NCBI GenBank assembly: GCA_963710755.1
Contig: CAVQBK010000002.1
Span: forward strand, 64,001 to 128,000
From: an uncultured bacterium
Lineage (GTDB): Bacteria; Oederibacteriota; JAAXVQ01; JAUVAV01
DNA length: 64,000 nucleotides
Reading direction: 5' to 3'
The notes beneath the pieces are model-generated. The model saw only the letters and a program-made list of their open reading frames with translations, ran no database searches and was not told where the DNA came from. Shown here piece by piece: positions 39,994 to 49,114 of the stretch (its first letter is position 1; every line of letters begins with the position of its first letter). The position numbers were made by a program, and so were the translations under genes.

Positions 39994-40565
39994 CAGTAGT
40001 TTTCCCTCCATTGTTCGAAAAAGTTTTGAGGATGTTGACAGGCCGGACATTGGGTCAGGGCGGTCTGGCCTTCATAGATAAAGCCACATTTCCGGCATTT
40101 CCACTTAACCACTTCGTCTTTTTTAAAAACTTTGTCGTTCTCGATATTACTGGCCAATTTCAGAAAACGCCGCTCATGGGCAGCCTCGACCTTGGCGATG
40201 GCTTCAAATGCCCCGGCGATTTTGTCCCAGCCTTCCTTCCGGGCTACCTGCGCAAAGGCAGGATACAGCCTGCTGGCTTCCTCGTGTTCTGCAGTAGCCG
40301 CGGCTTTGAGATTTTCCAAGGTGGTGCCAATAGGGGCATTGGTGAAGGTGGTCATGATTTCCACCGGTCCGCCTTCGAGCGCCTTAAAAAAAGTCTTGGC
40401 ATGACTAAGTTCATTGTCCGCCGTTTCCCGAAAGAGTTCCGCCATCTGTCGAAAGCCTTCTTTCTCGGCCACCTTGGCATAATAGGTATAGCGGTTACGG
40501 GCCTGGCTCTCACCGGCAAAAGCCACCAGCAAATTCTTTTCCGTTTTGGATCCTATGATGGTCAT
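39993..40565 (-). CDS. rbr: rubrerythrin
   Basis: AFAGESQARNRY, ELSHA, EAAH, WKCRKCG..CPACQHP. Confidence 0.95.
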   Translation of the reverse strand: MTIIGSKTEKNLLVAFAGESQARNRYTYYAKVAEKEGFRQMAELFRETADNELSHAKTFFKALEGGPVEIMTTFTNAPIGTTLENLKAAATAEHEEASRLYPAFAQVARKEGWDKIAGAFEAIAKVEAAHERRFLKLASNIENDKVFKKDEVVKWKCRKCGFIYEGQTALTQCPACQHPQNFFEQWRENY

Positions 40566-40634
40566 CTTAAAGCTCCTCGGATAATCCCTGCGGTTGGTCC
40601 GCGGGAGATTGGGTGAGATGCGTTTAGCAGCGGT

Positions 40635-41048
40635 TTATCCTTTGGTCTTGCCGGGCGGGATGCTGCAGTCCGTGTTGCAGTGCACACAACGGCCGATCAA
40701 TTCCAGGTCAAATTTGGTCACCTCATGGCCTTCGGCTTCCAGACATCCAATCAATTGACAGCAATGATCCTGCAGCATTAAATCCTCGATCTTGCCACAA
40801 CCTTCACAAATGAAATGAGCGTGGGCTAGCACCCGGCCGTCATAGCGGGTCTCTTTTTGGGCCAGATTGAGGGCCCGGATTCTCCCCTGTCTGGTTAAAA
40901 TGTCAAGATTGCGGTAAACCGTTCCCAAGGAAAGGTTCTTTATTTTAGTCTTTAATTGACGGTAGATTTCAGCTGCGCTGGGATGATCACTGCGTGCCTG
41001 TAAAAAGTCGATGATGGTTTTTCTTTGAAAACTTTCACGATAAGTCAT
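40635..41048 (-). CDS. perR: Fur family regulator, PerR-like
   Basis: HPSAAEIY, SLGTVYRNL, HAHFICEGCG, CVHC. Heads a peroxide-defence operon. Confidence 0.85.
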   Translation of the reverse strand: MTYRESFQRKTIIDFLQARSDHPSAAEIYRQLKTKIKNLSLGTVYRNLDILTRQGRIRALNLAQKETRYDGRVLAHAHFICEGCGKIEDLMLQDHCCQLIGCLEAEGHEVTKFDLELIGRCVHCNTDCSIPPGKTKG

Positions 41049-41060
41049 CAGTACCCTCTA

Positions 41061-41079
41061 ATTCATAATCATTCTGAAT
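41061..41079. promoter_or_regulatory. PerR box just downstream of a sigma70-type promoter
   Basis: attcataatcattctgaat is a 9-1-9 near-perfect inverted repeat resembling TTATAATNATTATAA. TTGACT-N17-TAATAT lies immediately upstream on the minus strand. Confidence 0.7.
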
Positions 41080-41312
41080 ATTAAGGAAGGGTCTGGTAAA
41101 AGTCAAGTGCAATTGAAATTCATTCCTGAAAGTGCCTTGGAGGTCTGTTAGGTTAAACGCCATGGGATCGGAAACGTTTAAGCCACCTTGCCGGAAGGCA
41201 GGTAAACGTTGCGTATGGGCCCGGCAGAACCGGACGGACTAGATGGGATCATTGCTAATAGCCGACGGGCCAAGCCTGATCGCCAATTGAGACCATGAAA
41301 ACGACTGTCGTT

Positions 41313-41720
41313 TTATGTCAATCCTTTGGCGTGAAAGAAATCAGCATACTTTTTATCGACACCATTGGTATGGGAGATCAGCCAATCTTTTAAAAATTTC
41401 ATAATATCATAGGATAAATCCGCATCACCATAGTCGAACTTTTCCTTGAATTCCGAAACTTTCTGAACAAAGTCCCGATGCTCTTTTTTGTGGTCTTCGG
41501 TCTCAGGATAGGTAAACTGATCAAAATAATTTTCTTCCGTTTTGAAATGAGTGATGGTGTAATTCACCAACTTATTTAAAATTTCCTTTAAAACAATGCG
41601 CTCTTCCCCCTGTTGAATGGCCTCATACAATTCATTCATGACCGTGACAAGCATTTGATGCTCCTGATCAATGGCTGCAATATTCACACTATAAATGTCA
41701 TTCCAAACAATAAAAGGCAT
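41313..41720 (-). CDS. bacteriohemerythrin
   Basis: W...YSVNIAAIDQEH, HFKTEE, HKKEH, WLISH...D. GGAG before ATG 41720. Confidence 0.92.
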   Translation of the reverse strand: MPFIVWNDIYSVNIAAIDQEHQMLVTVMNELYEAIQQGEERIVLKEILNKLVNYTITHFKTEENYFDQFTYPETEDHKKEHRDFVQKVSEFKEKFDYGDADLSYDIMKFLKDWLISHTNGVDKKYADFFHAKGLT

Positions 41721-41826
41721 GGAAAATCTCCTTTGGGGCAAACATTTATCCAGCCGAGATCGTTCATGTTTACCCGTATCATGACTGGCTTTCATTTAAA
41801 ATTATCGGACGCCAAGGTGTTCTGGT

Positions 41827-43530
41827 TTAATCCACAAGGGTGGGGGCAAGCAAGACTCGTGCTCTGGCCAGGGCCGCATCAATGTTGGGCGTGACATTCT
41901 CCCGGCCAATTTTCTCCAAGACCCCGGCCTTGTCCATGGCATGCAACGGCTGGGCATGCACGCCCGATAAAATCAGACTGGTGCCTTCGCGCCTGAATTT
42001 TTCCAAGAGTTCTTCCAAAGCTTTCAATGCAGCCGCATCTATGGAAATCACCTGACGCAACCGGAGAATGAAGACGGCTGGTTTTTTCTGTTGTCCTGAT
42101 AAAGCGCTTTTGAACAGATCGACAGCTCCGAAAAAAAACACACCATTGATTTCAAAAACCTCCACCCCGGCTGGAACCTGCCTGTCTTTTACGGCATGTT
42201 GATCATGCTCCGGATCATCTTCTTTCAGAGCATTGGTAATAAATCCGGCTTGAGTCACATTGGACATGCGGTTCATGAGCAAAAACATGGACAAGACGAT
42301 ACCAACTTGAATGGCCACAGTCAGATCGATTACCACCGTCAGGCCAAAAGTGATCAAGAGCACCACGATATCGCTTTTGGGATAGCGCCACAGGCTCTTG
42401 AGTACTTTCCATTCACTCATTTGGTACGCCACCATCAGCAAAATAGCGGCCAGACTGGCCAAGGGAATCATGGCCGCCCATTTGCCGGCCGCCAGCAGGA
42501 TGATCAGCAACGTTACAGCATGGATCATGCCGGCCACTGGTGTCTGACCGCCGTTTTTGATGTTGGTAGCCGTGCGGGCAATGGCGCCGGTGGCGGGGAT
42601 GCCGTGGAAACAAACAGCAACCACATTGGCCACGCCTTGGGCGAGAATCTCTGCATTGGAGCGGTGACGGCGGCCGGTCATACCGTCGGCCACCACGGCC
42701 GAAAGCAGGGATTCAATCCCCGCCAGCAGAGCAATGGTCATGGCAGGAGCGAATAATTGACGAACCGTTTGCCAATCCACATGAGGCAGATGAAATCCGG
42801 GCAGATGGGCCGCTACCGAACCGAATTTGCTGCCTATGGTTTCCACCGGCAGTTTAAAATACTGAACCAAAAAAGTGCTAAGTAAAATCACGATTAATGA
42901 GGCCGGCACTTTGGGAACCAGTCTGGGCCAAACCACCAACAGAATAAGGGACAAAAGACCAATGCCAGCGGCCCAGCCATTGACATGGGTCAGATTATGG
43001 CCGTAGAGCATTACTTTTTCAAAGAACTCTACCGGTAGGGCACCCAGCGGGAGACCCAGAAAATCTTTCACTTGTGAGACCGCAATAATGACGGCAATAC
43101 CGGCTGTGAACCCTATCGTGACCGGATAAGGAATAAATTTAATGAAAGAGCCCACCCGCAATAAGCCGATCACAACCAGGATTAGGCCCGCCAACACCGT
43201 GGCCATTACCAGGCCATCATAACCGTAGCGGTGGATGATGTTGTAAACCACCACCACAAATGCGCCCGTGGGCCCACCTATCTGGAAACGGCTGCCACCC
43301 AACAACGAGATAAGAAAGCCTGCAATAATAGCGGTGTACAACCCTTGCATGGGCGTAGCCCCGGAAGCAATGGCAAAGGCGATGGCCAAGGGTAGGGCCA
43401 CAATGCCCACAATGACCCCACTGTTGAGGTCCTGGAGAAAAGTGCGCCAGTTGTAACCCTCCTGCAGAGTGGTAATAAATTTGGGCAGCAGTGAATAATG
43501 TGGTTTTTGGGAATTCATGGAATGATCCAA
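41827..43530 (-). CDS. SulP family anion permease with STAS domain
   Basis: VALPLAIAFAIASG, QIGGPTGAF, IESLLSAVVAD, TGAIART, STAS FFGA. Confidence 0.93.
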   Translation of the reverse strand: MDHSMNSQKPHYSLLPKFITTLQEGYNWRTFLQDLNSGVIVGIVALPLAIAFAIASGATPMQGLYTAIIAGFLISLLGGSRFQIGGPTGAFVVVVYNIIHRYGYDGLVMATVLAGLILVVIGLLRVGSFIKFIPYPVTIGFTAGIAVIIAVSQVKDFLGLPLGALPVEFFEKVMLYGHNLTHVNGWAAGIGLLSLILLVVWPRLVPKVPASLIVILLSTFLVQYFKLPVETIGSKFGSVAAHLPGFHLPHVDWQTVRQLFAPAMTIALLAGIESLLSAVVADGMTGRRHRSNAEILAQGVANVVAVCFHGIPATGAIARTATNIKNGGQTPVAGMIHAVTLLIILLAAGKWAAMIPLASLAAILLMVAYQMSEWKVLKSLWRYPKSDIVVLLITFGLTVVIDLTVAIQVGIVLSMFLLMNRMSNVTQAGFITNALKEDDPEHDQHAVKDRQVPAGVEVFEINGVFFFGAVDLFKSALSGQQKKPAVFILRLRQVISIDAAALKALEELLEKFRREGTSLILSGVHAQPLHAMDKAGVLEKIGRENVTPNIDAALARARVLLAPTLVD

Positions 43531-43751
43531 ATCAACCCTGATGATTCAGAAGAGCTGATCTGATGGCTGGTTCAGGGGAGGAAATCCGCTTTCCTATTTT
43601 GGGACAATCTTTTAGACTTAAAAGTGAATTTCGTCAAGATTATTTTCAAATAAAACTACAAGTAGCCAAGGGCCTACCTTGTAAAAAGGTCCATCATGAG
43701 CCGGCTTTAAGCGATTCCGAAAATGGTAAACGTTTTCATCGGCCGCTTAGG

Positions 43752-44567
43752 TCAGATGATGATTTTCCAACCTTCTCTGGCCAGGGCGGTGTGCTTGAAT
43801 TTTTTCTGGGCCGGTTTGAGAATCTTGTTTTCCAGGAAATGGTCGCTATGCAGTTGATCATGATGAAACAAGTGCAGCCGTTTGACATGGGCAGCCTGAG
43901 CCAGCTCCACCCCTTTTTCCCAGGTGCTATGCCCCCACCCCTTGCGGCCATTGGCATATTCCTGGGGTGTATATTGGGCATCATAGATAAGCAGGTCCGC
44001 ATGCTGACTCAGGTTTAACAAGCCTTCATCCAGACCCTCGGCCGGATGTTCCACATCAGTGGCAAAAACCACGCGCGCACCTTGGTGGGTAAAGCGATAA
44101 GTGAAGCCGCCACCAGGATGATTCATAGCACAATGGTCCACGGTGACTTCTCCAAGAGTAATCGCATGTCCCGGTTTAATAACTTTAAATTCATGGGTAC
44201 TGGGCATTTGCTTGAATTCCACGGGAAAGGTCTTAAAGTCCTGTTGGCGATATAAAATGGGTTTGACATCAGGGCTGCCGTAATGAATAAAGCGGTTGCC
44301 AGGAATGAAATTGGGCGTAAAGAAAGGAAAACCCATCAGATGATCCCAATGAAAATGGGTCCAGAAAAAAAATGCATGACCTTTGCCTTTGGCAAATTCG
44401 CTTTTCATTAAGTCCAAGCCTAAAAGTCGCAGTCCCGAGCCGCCGTCCACGATGAACTGCTGAGATCCGCAACTAATGCATAAGCAGGTGGTATTGCCGC
44501 CATATTTGAGCGTGTCCTTACCAGGTGTGGGTAACGAACCCCGAGCGCCGTAATATTTAATAATCAA
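43752..44567 (-). CDS. MBL-fold metallo-hydrolase
   Basis: GARGS, YGGNTTC, THFHWDH, HPG, DAQY, GWGHS, FHHD. TTG start after GGGAGG. Confidence 0.88.
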   Translation of the reverse strand: MIIKYYGARGSLPTPGKDTLKYGGNTTCLCISCGSQQFIVDGGSGLRLLGLDLMKSEFAKGKGHAFFFWTHFHWDHLMGFPFFTPNFIPGNRFIHYGSPDVKPILYRQQDFKTFPVEFKQMPSTHEFKVIKPGHAITLGEVTVDHCAMNHPGGGFTYRFTHQGARVVFATDVEHPAEGLDEGLLNLSQHADLLIYDAQYTPQEYANGRKGWGHSTWEKGVELAQAAHVKRLHLFHHDQLHSDHFLENKILKPAQKKFKHTALAREGWKIII

Positions 44568-44678
44568 AACGGTCCTCCCTGATGTGGCTTGGCCAGTATG
44601 AATTAGTTTATTCCCCTTCACCCTGGGGACCTTGCACTTGGCAAGTGAAAGCGACTATCACTAATTATTCCTTTAACA

Positions 44679-44712
44679 TCAAATACCCTGCGAGGAGTCG
44701 CAGGGTATTTGA
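44679..44712. repeat. perfect 15-bp-stem hairpin (terminator or REP-like)
   Basis: tcaaataccctgcga-ggag-tcgcagggtatttga, with no long U-tract. Confidence 0.6.
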
Positions 44713-44771
44713 ATTATCAAGTACCCTTGCTTCAGTGTCAAATAAATTTGCCCAACGTGACAGCGCGGAAA

Positions 44772-45320
44772 TCAAGTGTGGCCAATATTGGATTTGGCCC
44801 ATAGAAGGACTAAAATGGTTTTACTGTCCACAATTTCGCCCTGATTCACCATACGCAAGGCTTTGGCCAGCGTGAGTTTATGAGCAACTAAAAATTCATC
44901 GTCGTCCAATTTTTGGCCAGCACAAGCTTTCAAGCCTGTGGCCACATAAAGATAGATTTTCTCCGTGCTATAGCCCGGAGAAGTGTAAACCCATCCCAGA
45001 CTTTGGAGCTTTCCCGGATAAAAACCGGTTTCCTCCCGGCATTCTCTCCTCGCCGCTTGCCGTGGCTGCTCGCCACGGTTGATCAGCCCGGCGGGAATCT
45101 CCCAACAGTCCTCATTAACCGCATAACGGTATTGTTGCACCAGCAACAAGCGCCCGTCATCCAAAACCGGCAAAATACCCACGGCCGGTCGATGGTTTAC
45201 CACCTCGCGAACATGCAACGCCCCGCTGGGAATCCTGACTTGATCGACCGTCAGGTCCAATATTTTTCCTTGATAGATGGTTTGACGGGCCGTCTTTTTT
45301 TCGCGAATGATATGGGTCAC
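44772..45320 (-). CDS. NUDIX hydrolase (ADP-ribose pyrophosphatase-like)
   Basis: QYRY, EIPAG, Nudix box G..NRGE....AARRECREETG, SPG, DDDE. Confidence 0.9.
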   Translation of the reverse strand: MTHIIREKKTARQTIYQGKILDLTVDQVRIPSGALHVREVVNHRPAVGILPVLDDGRLLLVQQYRYAVNEDCWEIPAGLINRGEQPRQAARRECREETGFYPGKLQSLGWVYTSPGYSTEKIYLYVATGLKACAGQKLDDDEFLVAHKLTLAKALRMVNQGEIVDSKTILVLLWAKSNIGHT

Positions 45321-45535
45321 ACAGCTTCCACGCTTGCAACAGTGGGTACCAACTCTTTAAGCCGTACTTCCACGCCATGCTTAAGCGTCATTTGCGCCAT
45401 GGGGCAGGAACCGCAAGCCCCGGTTAACCTGACCTTCACCACATTGCCTTCTACAGCCACTAATTCCACATTACCACCATCAGCTTGCAAAGCCGGGCGG
45501 ATAGTATCCAACGCTTGTTCAATTTTTTCCTTCAT
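45317..45535 (-). CDS. NifU/Nfu-like Fe-S cluster carrier
   Basis: IRPALQADGGNVEL, GACGSCP. GGAGG before ATG 45535 (72 aa). Confidence 0.9.
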   Translation of the reverse strand: MKEKIEQALDTIRPALQADGGNVELVAVEGNVVKVRLTGACGSCPMAQMTLKHGVEVRLKELVPTVASVEAV

Positions 45536-45840
45536 GATCAACCTCCAAAGTTTCTTACTGATTTTATAACCGCTGTCCAGACCCATAATCCGGACATCAG
45601 CGGACATGCCCCGCAGGGTGCCTCGCCCTTTTAAACCTACAACCTTGCTCCTTTGCATAACCAGAGAGACCCCGGGGACATGATTTCGGCAAAAGAACAT
45701 AGGTTATTATATTACCATAAGTTGGCAGGAAAATAAGGGGCGGCGCTAAACTTTTTTTATTCCTCATTCGTCCCCGCGTTTATTTTTTTTGCGGGATTAT
45801 TTAATTTTGGTGAACCTTCCGTCCTATCCATAACCCTGAG

Positions 45841-46257
45841 CTATTTTTTGCTTGGCGCCGGTGCTACGGTTTTGCGGAAATGAACCCGAACCGACCTGCC
45901 TTGGTCATCCTCAATAACGAGGGTAAACACAGCCTCTCCCGGCTTGGACAGTTGAATCCAGTGGCGGTAATCCTTGCCCTGCCCATAATTAAGCGGCAAA
46001 ACAACAGCCGTCGTCGCTTGTGGTGGCCGCCACCAAGCATTGACCTTGAGATTGGTCAGAATGCGAAATTGCCGATCTTGGATACGAAAAGCAACCAGGG
46101 CTTCACCCACATGCAGTTGTCGTGGTTCGCTGTACATGGTAACCCTAAAAGGACCGGCTACCACCAGCGGTTCCTGGGTTTGCCTGCGTATGGCCCAAAT
46201 GACGGATCCGGCCAACACGGCCACGACAACCACCATCAACCAACGGGTGGTGTTCAT
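45841..46257 (-). CDS. hypothetical membrane-anchored beta-sandwich protein (YtkA/FixH-like)
   Basis: N-terminal TM and beta-rich body. ATGA overlap with metW. Confidence 0.6.
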   Translation of the reverse strand: MNTTRWLMVVVVAVLAGSVIWAIRRQTQEPLVVAGPFRVTMYSEPRQLHVGEALVAFRIQDRQFRILTNLKVNAWWRPPQATTAVVLPLNYGQGKDYRHWIQLSKPGEAVFTLVIEDDQGRSVRVHFRKTVAPAPSKK

Positions 46258-46889
46258 TTTTTAACCTTCCGGGAAATGACGAAAAGACCTTCGTCGGCAT
46301 TGAGGTTGGGCAGTATATGTACTTTTTCCTTACGCGCTGATCGGCTGCTGTTAAGATATAGTCTTTGTAAAATAGAGATGTTGCGTTCCTTGCAAAAAAC
46401 CATAAAATCTTTAATTGTCAGCAGATGAATATTAGGGGTGTTGTACCATTCAAAGGGCAATTTAAGGGTTTTGGGCATGCGGCCTTTCCAGAGTAACGAT
46501 TGACGCACACGCCAATGGCCAAAATTGGGAAAGGACACGATCACTTTTTCACCAACACGGAGCATTTCCTCGATCACAAAATCAGGACGCACAATCACCT
46601 GCAGTGTCATGTTCAAAATAACATAGTCACAAGAATTATCTCCGTAATCCGCCAAGCCATCGTCAATATTGCCCTGGAAAACAGATAACCCCTTTTGCAG
46701 GCATTCCAGCACCGCCTCCTGATCGATCTCCACGCCCATGGCCTGAACTTGACGTTCCTCAATCAGCCGTTTTAACAAGCGGCCGTCACCACAGCCCAGG
46801 TCCAACACCCGACTTTGTGGCTTGACCAGGGACACTACTTTATCGTAATCGGACAATAAAATATTTTTCCTTAGGCGTTTACCGATCAT
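46254..46889 (-). CDS. metW: methionine biosynthesis protein MetW
   Basis: VLDLGCGDG, SFPNFGHW, GRMP, WYNTPNIH. Follows metX. Confidence 0.93.
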   Translation of the reverse strand: MIGKRLRKNILLSDYDKVVSLVKPQSRVLDLGCGDGRLLKRLIEERQVQAMGVEIDQEAVLECLQKGLSVFQGNIDDGLADYGDNSCDYVILNMTLQVIVRPDFVIEEMLRVGEKVIVSFPNFGHWRVRQSLLWKGRMPKTLKLPFEWYNTPNIHLLTIKDFMVFCKERNISILQRLYLNSSRSARKEKVHILPNLNADEGLFVISRKVKK

Positions 46890-48066
46890 GCGTGCTCACC
46901 ACCGAATAAATATTGTCCAAGAAACTGTCCACAGCCCGGCTGAAAGGCTCGGTGGGGATGAGAAAAGCGTCGTGGCCAGCACTGGACTCAAATTCCAGAT
47001 AGGAAACATCTTTGGCATTTTGGCGCAAGGCTGTAACCAGTTCCTTGGCTTTGCGCGAAGGAAAAAGCCAGTCCGAGGTGAAGGAGGTTACCAGGGTTTT
47101 GGCTTGAACCCGTTTGACGGCTTTTTCCAAGGACCCTTTGCCCCAATCCATAGCCGCACTGTAATAATCCATGGCTTTGGTAATATACAGATAAGTGTTG
47201 GCATCAAAACGTTGCACAAAGCTATGCCCTTGATGGTGCAAATAACTCTCCACCTCAAATTCCTTGGTTAATTCGTATGCATATTCGTCCTTGTTCTGAA
47301 GCCGCCTACCGAATTTGCGGTCCATGGACTCTTCTGATAAATAGGTGATATGGGCGATCATACGGGCAATAGCCAGTCCGATTTCCGGCCGGCAGTCTTG
47401 CTCCAGGTAATGACCTTGCTTCCAGTTGGGATCGGAGATGATGGCATGACGCCCCACTTCATTGAAGGCAATGGCCTGGGGTGACAACGAAGGTGTGGAA
47501 GCAATAATAATGGCTGATTCCATAAATTGGGGATAGCGACAAATCCATTCCAGGGCTTGCATGCCGCCCATGGACCCACCGGCCAGGGACAGCAACCGGG
47601 GAATGCCCAGTTGATCGAGGAGCATTTTCTGAACCCGAACCATGTCGCCGATGGTGAGAATAGGAAAAGTAGTGCCATAGTATTTCCCTGTTTCCGGATT
47701 ACGCGAAGACGGGCCGGTGGAGCCTTTGCAGCCGCCCAGAACGTTGGAACATATAATGAAATAACGGTTGGTGTCAAAGGCCTTGCCCGGTCCAATCATG
47801 AACTCCCACCAGCCGGGCTTGCGGTCATGAGGATGGTGCTTGCCGGCGGCATGGGCATCGCCGGTAAGCGCATGCAGAATTAAGATGGCATTGTCTTTTT
47901 GGGCATTCAGTTCGCCATAGGTTTCATAAGCAATCTGGATTTCTTTCAAGCTCCGCCCGCATTCCAGTAATAATCCGTCCGAAGGCAAGGTGATGGACAT
48001 GATTTTCGTTTCCACCAACCCGACTGAACGGGTGATCACCAAATCAAAAGGTTCTTCTGGTTCCAT
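46879..48066 (-). CDS. metX: homoserine O-acetyltransferase
   Basis: HALTGD, PGWW, NVLGGCKGSTGP, GGSMGG, RFDAN, GHDAF. Confidence 0.95.
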   Translation of the reverse strand: MEPEEPFDLVITRSVGLVETKIMSITLPSDGLLLECGRSLKEIQIAYETYGELNAQKDNAILILHALTGDAHAAGKHHPHDRKPGWWEFMIGPGKAFDTNRYFIICSNVLGGCKGSTGPSSRNPETGKYYGTTFPILTIGDMVRVQKMLLDQLGIPRLLSLAGGSMGGMQALEWICRYPQFMESAIIIASTPSLSPQAIAFNEVGRHAIISDPNWKQGHYLEQDCRPEIGLAIARMIAHITYLSEESMDRKFGRRLQNKDEYAYELTKEFEVESYLHHQGHSFVQRFDANTYLYITKAMDYYSAAMDWGKGSLEKAVKRVQAKTLVTSFTSDWLFPSRKAKELVTALRQNAKDVSYLEFESSAGHDAFLIPTEPFSRAVDSFLDNIYSVVSTHDR

Positions 48067-48125
48067 GGCCTTACTCCTAAATAAAACCTTGCGCGTTAGG
48101 CTAAGGGGATTGGCGTTCGTGGAAT

Positions 48126-48160
48126 AAAAAAAGCCTTTCCTTTAAGAAAGGAGAGGCTTT
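48126..48160 (-). terminator. riboswitch expression-platform terminator
   Basis: Minus strand aaagcctctcctt...aaggaaaggcttttttt lies between the aptamer and metX. Confidence 0.8.
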
Positions 48161-48184
48161 ACGGATACACTGGGAGCCGCCTCG

Positions 48185-48299
48185 CCTTATCTTCCGCCAT
48201 ACTTGACGCAGAAATTGGCACCATTGGCTCTTATGGCGTATGCAAAGAGCTGGTTGCCGTGACGTCACAGGGTCTGTCCCTCAGTCACTCTGGATAAGG
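48185..48299 (-). ncRNA. SAM-I (S-box) riboswitch
   Basis: Minus strand CTTATCCAGAG..GAGGGA..CCC..GAC..GGCAACC...GGTGCCAATT...GAAGATAAG upstream of metX. Confidence 0.95.
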
Positions 48300-48358
48300 G
48301 GATCAAGGGCCTTGGCTGTCCCGATCCGGTTGAGAACAAAAGCATAACAAACCACTGT

Positions 48359-48988
48359 TCACTTGGCAAATGAAATTTCCGACATTTGTTTAAAAAACTT
48401 GCCGAATTGGCGCTGCCGGATTTTCTTGATGGTCCGGGTTTGTACATGATGGTAGACCCAGGTCAACGATGGGCCTTGGGTGCGGTAAATCAAGGTATTC
48501 TTCATTAGTTTGATTTTGATTTGATCGATATGCTGCTCCATGAGCCAGGCTCTGAGTTCTTCCGAGTCGATAAAATAATAGTCACTCGCTCTTAGCCCCA
48601 ACATCAAAGGTCCACTATCGGGTTTATTATTGGGCAGTTCATATTGGCCCAGGGTAGCGCCGACGGTAATCAGTATATGCCGTTTTAATTTTTTCAAGCC
48701 GTAAAACATCATACCCAATTGAGACAGCAACTTGCCTTCCACAAAGATCAAACTGCAAGGCGCTGCCATCAGTTTAAGGCCCAGGTAAATAGCGGTCAAC
48801 CAGGCGGCCCTCTGAATCCAGGCAGGCAGACGTTTAAGCCGCAAAACCTCTACCGGCTGATGCTGATCATCCAGATAGTTGAGTAGTTCCTGTTCCAGCC
48901 ACCCCTCAGGCATCTGGGTGGAGCAGTTGTCATCTAAAACCGCCAAACAATGATAGCGATCGGTCACGGCCATTCCTCCGTAAGACAT
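48359..48988 (-). CDS. hypothetical protein
   Basis: 209-aa ORF with GGAGG near alternative starts 48967/48973. Weak resemblance to a glycosyltransferase N-terminal half. Confidence 0.55.
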   Translation of the reverse strand: MSYGGMAVTDRYHCLAVLDDNCSTQMPEGWLEQELLNYLDDQHQPVEVLRLKRLPAWIQRAAWLTAIYLGLKLMAAPCSLIFVEGKLLSQLGMMFYGLKKLKRHILITVGATLGQYELPNNKPDSGPLMLGLRASDYYFIDSEELRAWLMEQHIDQIKIKLMKNTLIYRTQGPSLTWVYHHVQTRTIKKIRQRQFGKFFKQMSEISFAK

Positions 48989-49114
48989 TAATCCGTTTAC
49001 CTATGCTTACTATCGGTGTGGCCATGAAATTTTAAAGCGATAAAAGATGGTAAATTAGCTTGAACGGAATCAGGCCCTTGGAGTAAGATGCTGAAAAGCT
49101 AAGGAGTGATTCAC

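Noticed and set aside
41183-41205. Hairpin accttgccggaaggcaggt as an ncRNA (SRP-like GGAA loop)
   Set aside because: It lacks the SRP CAGG...GGAA...AGCA internal-loop context. It is only a short isolated stem.
48265-48447. 60-aa ORF
   Set aside because: It overlaps the SAM-I riboswitch and the end of the upstream gene.
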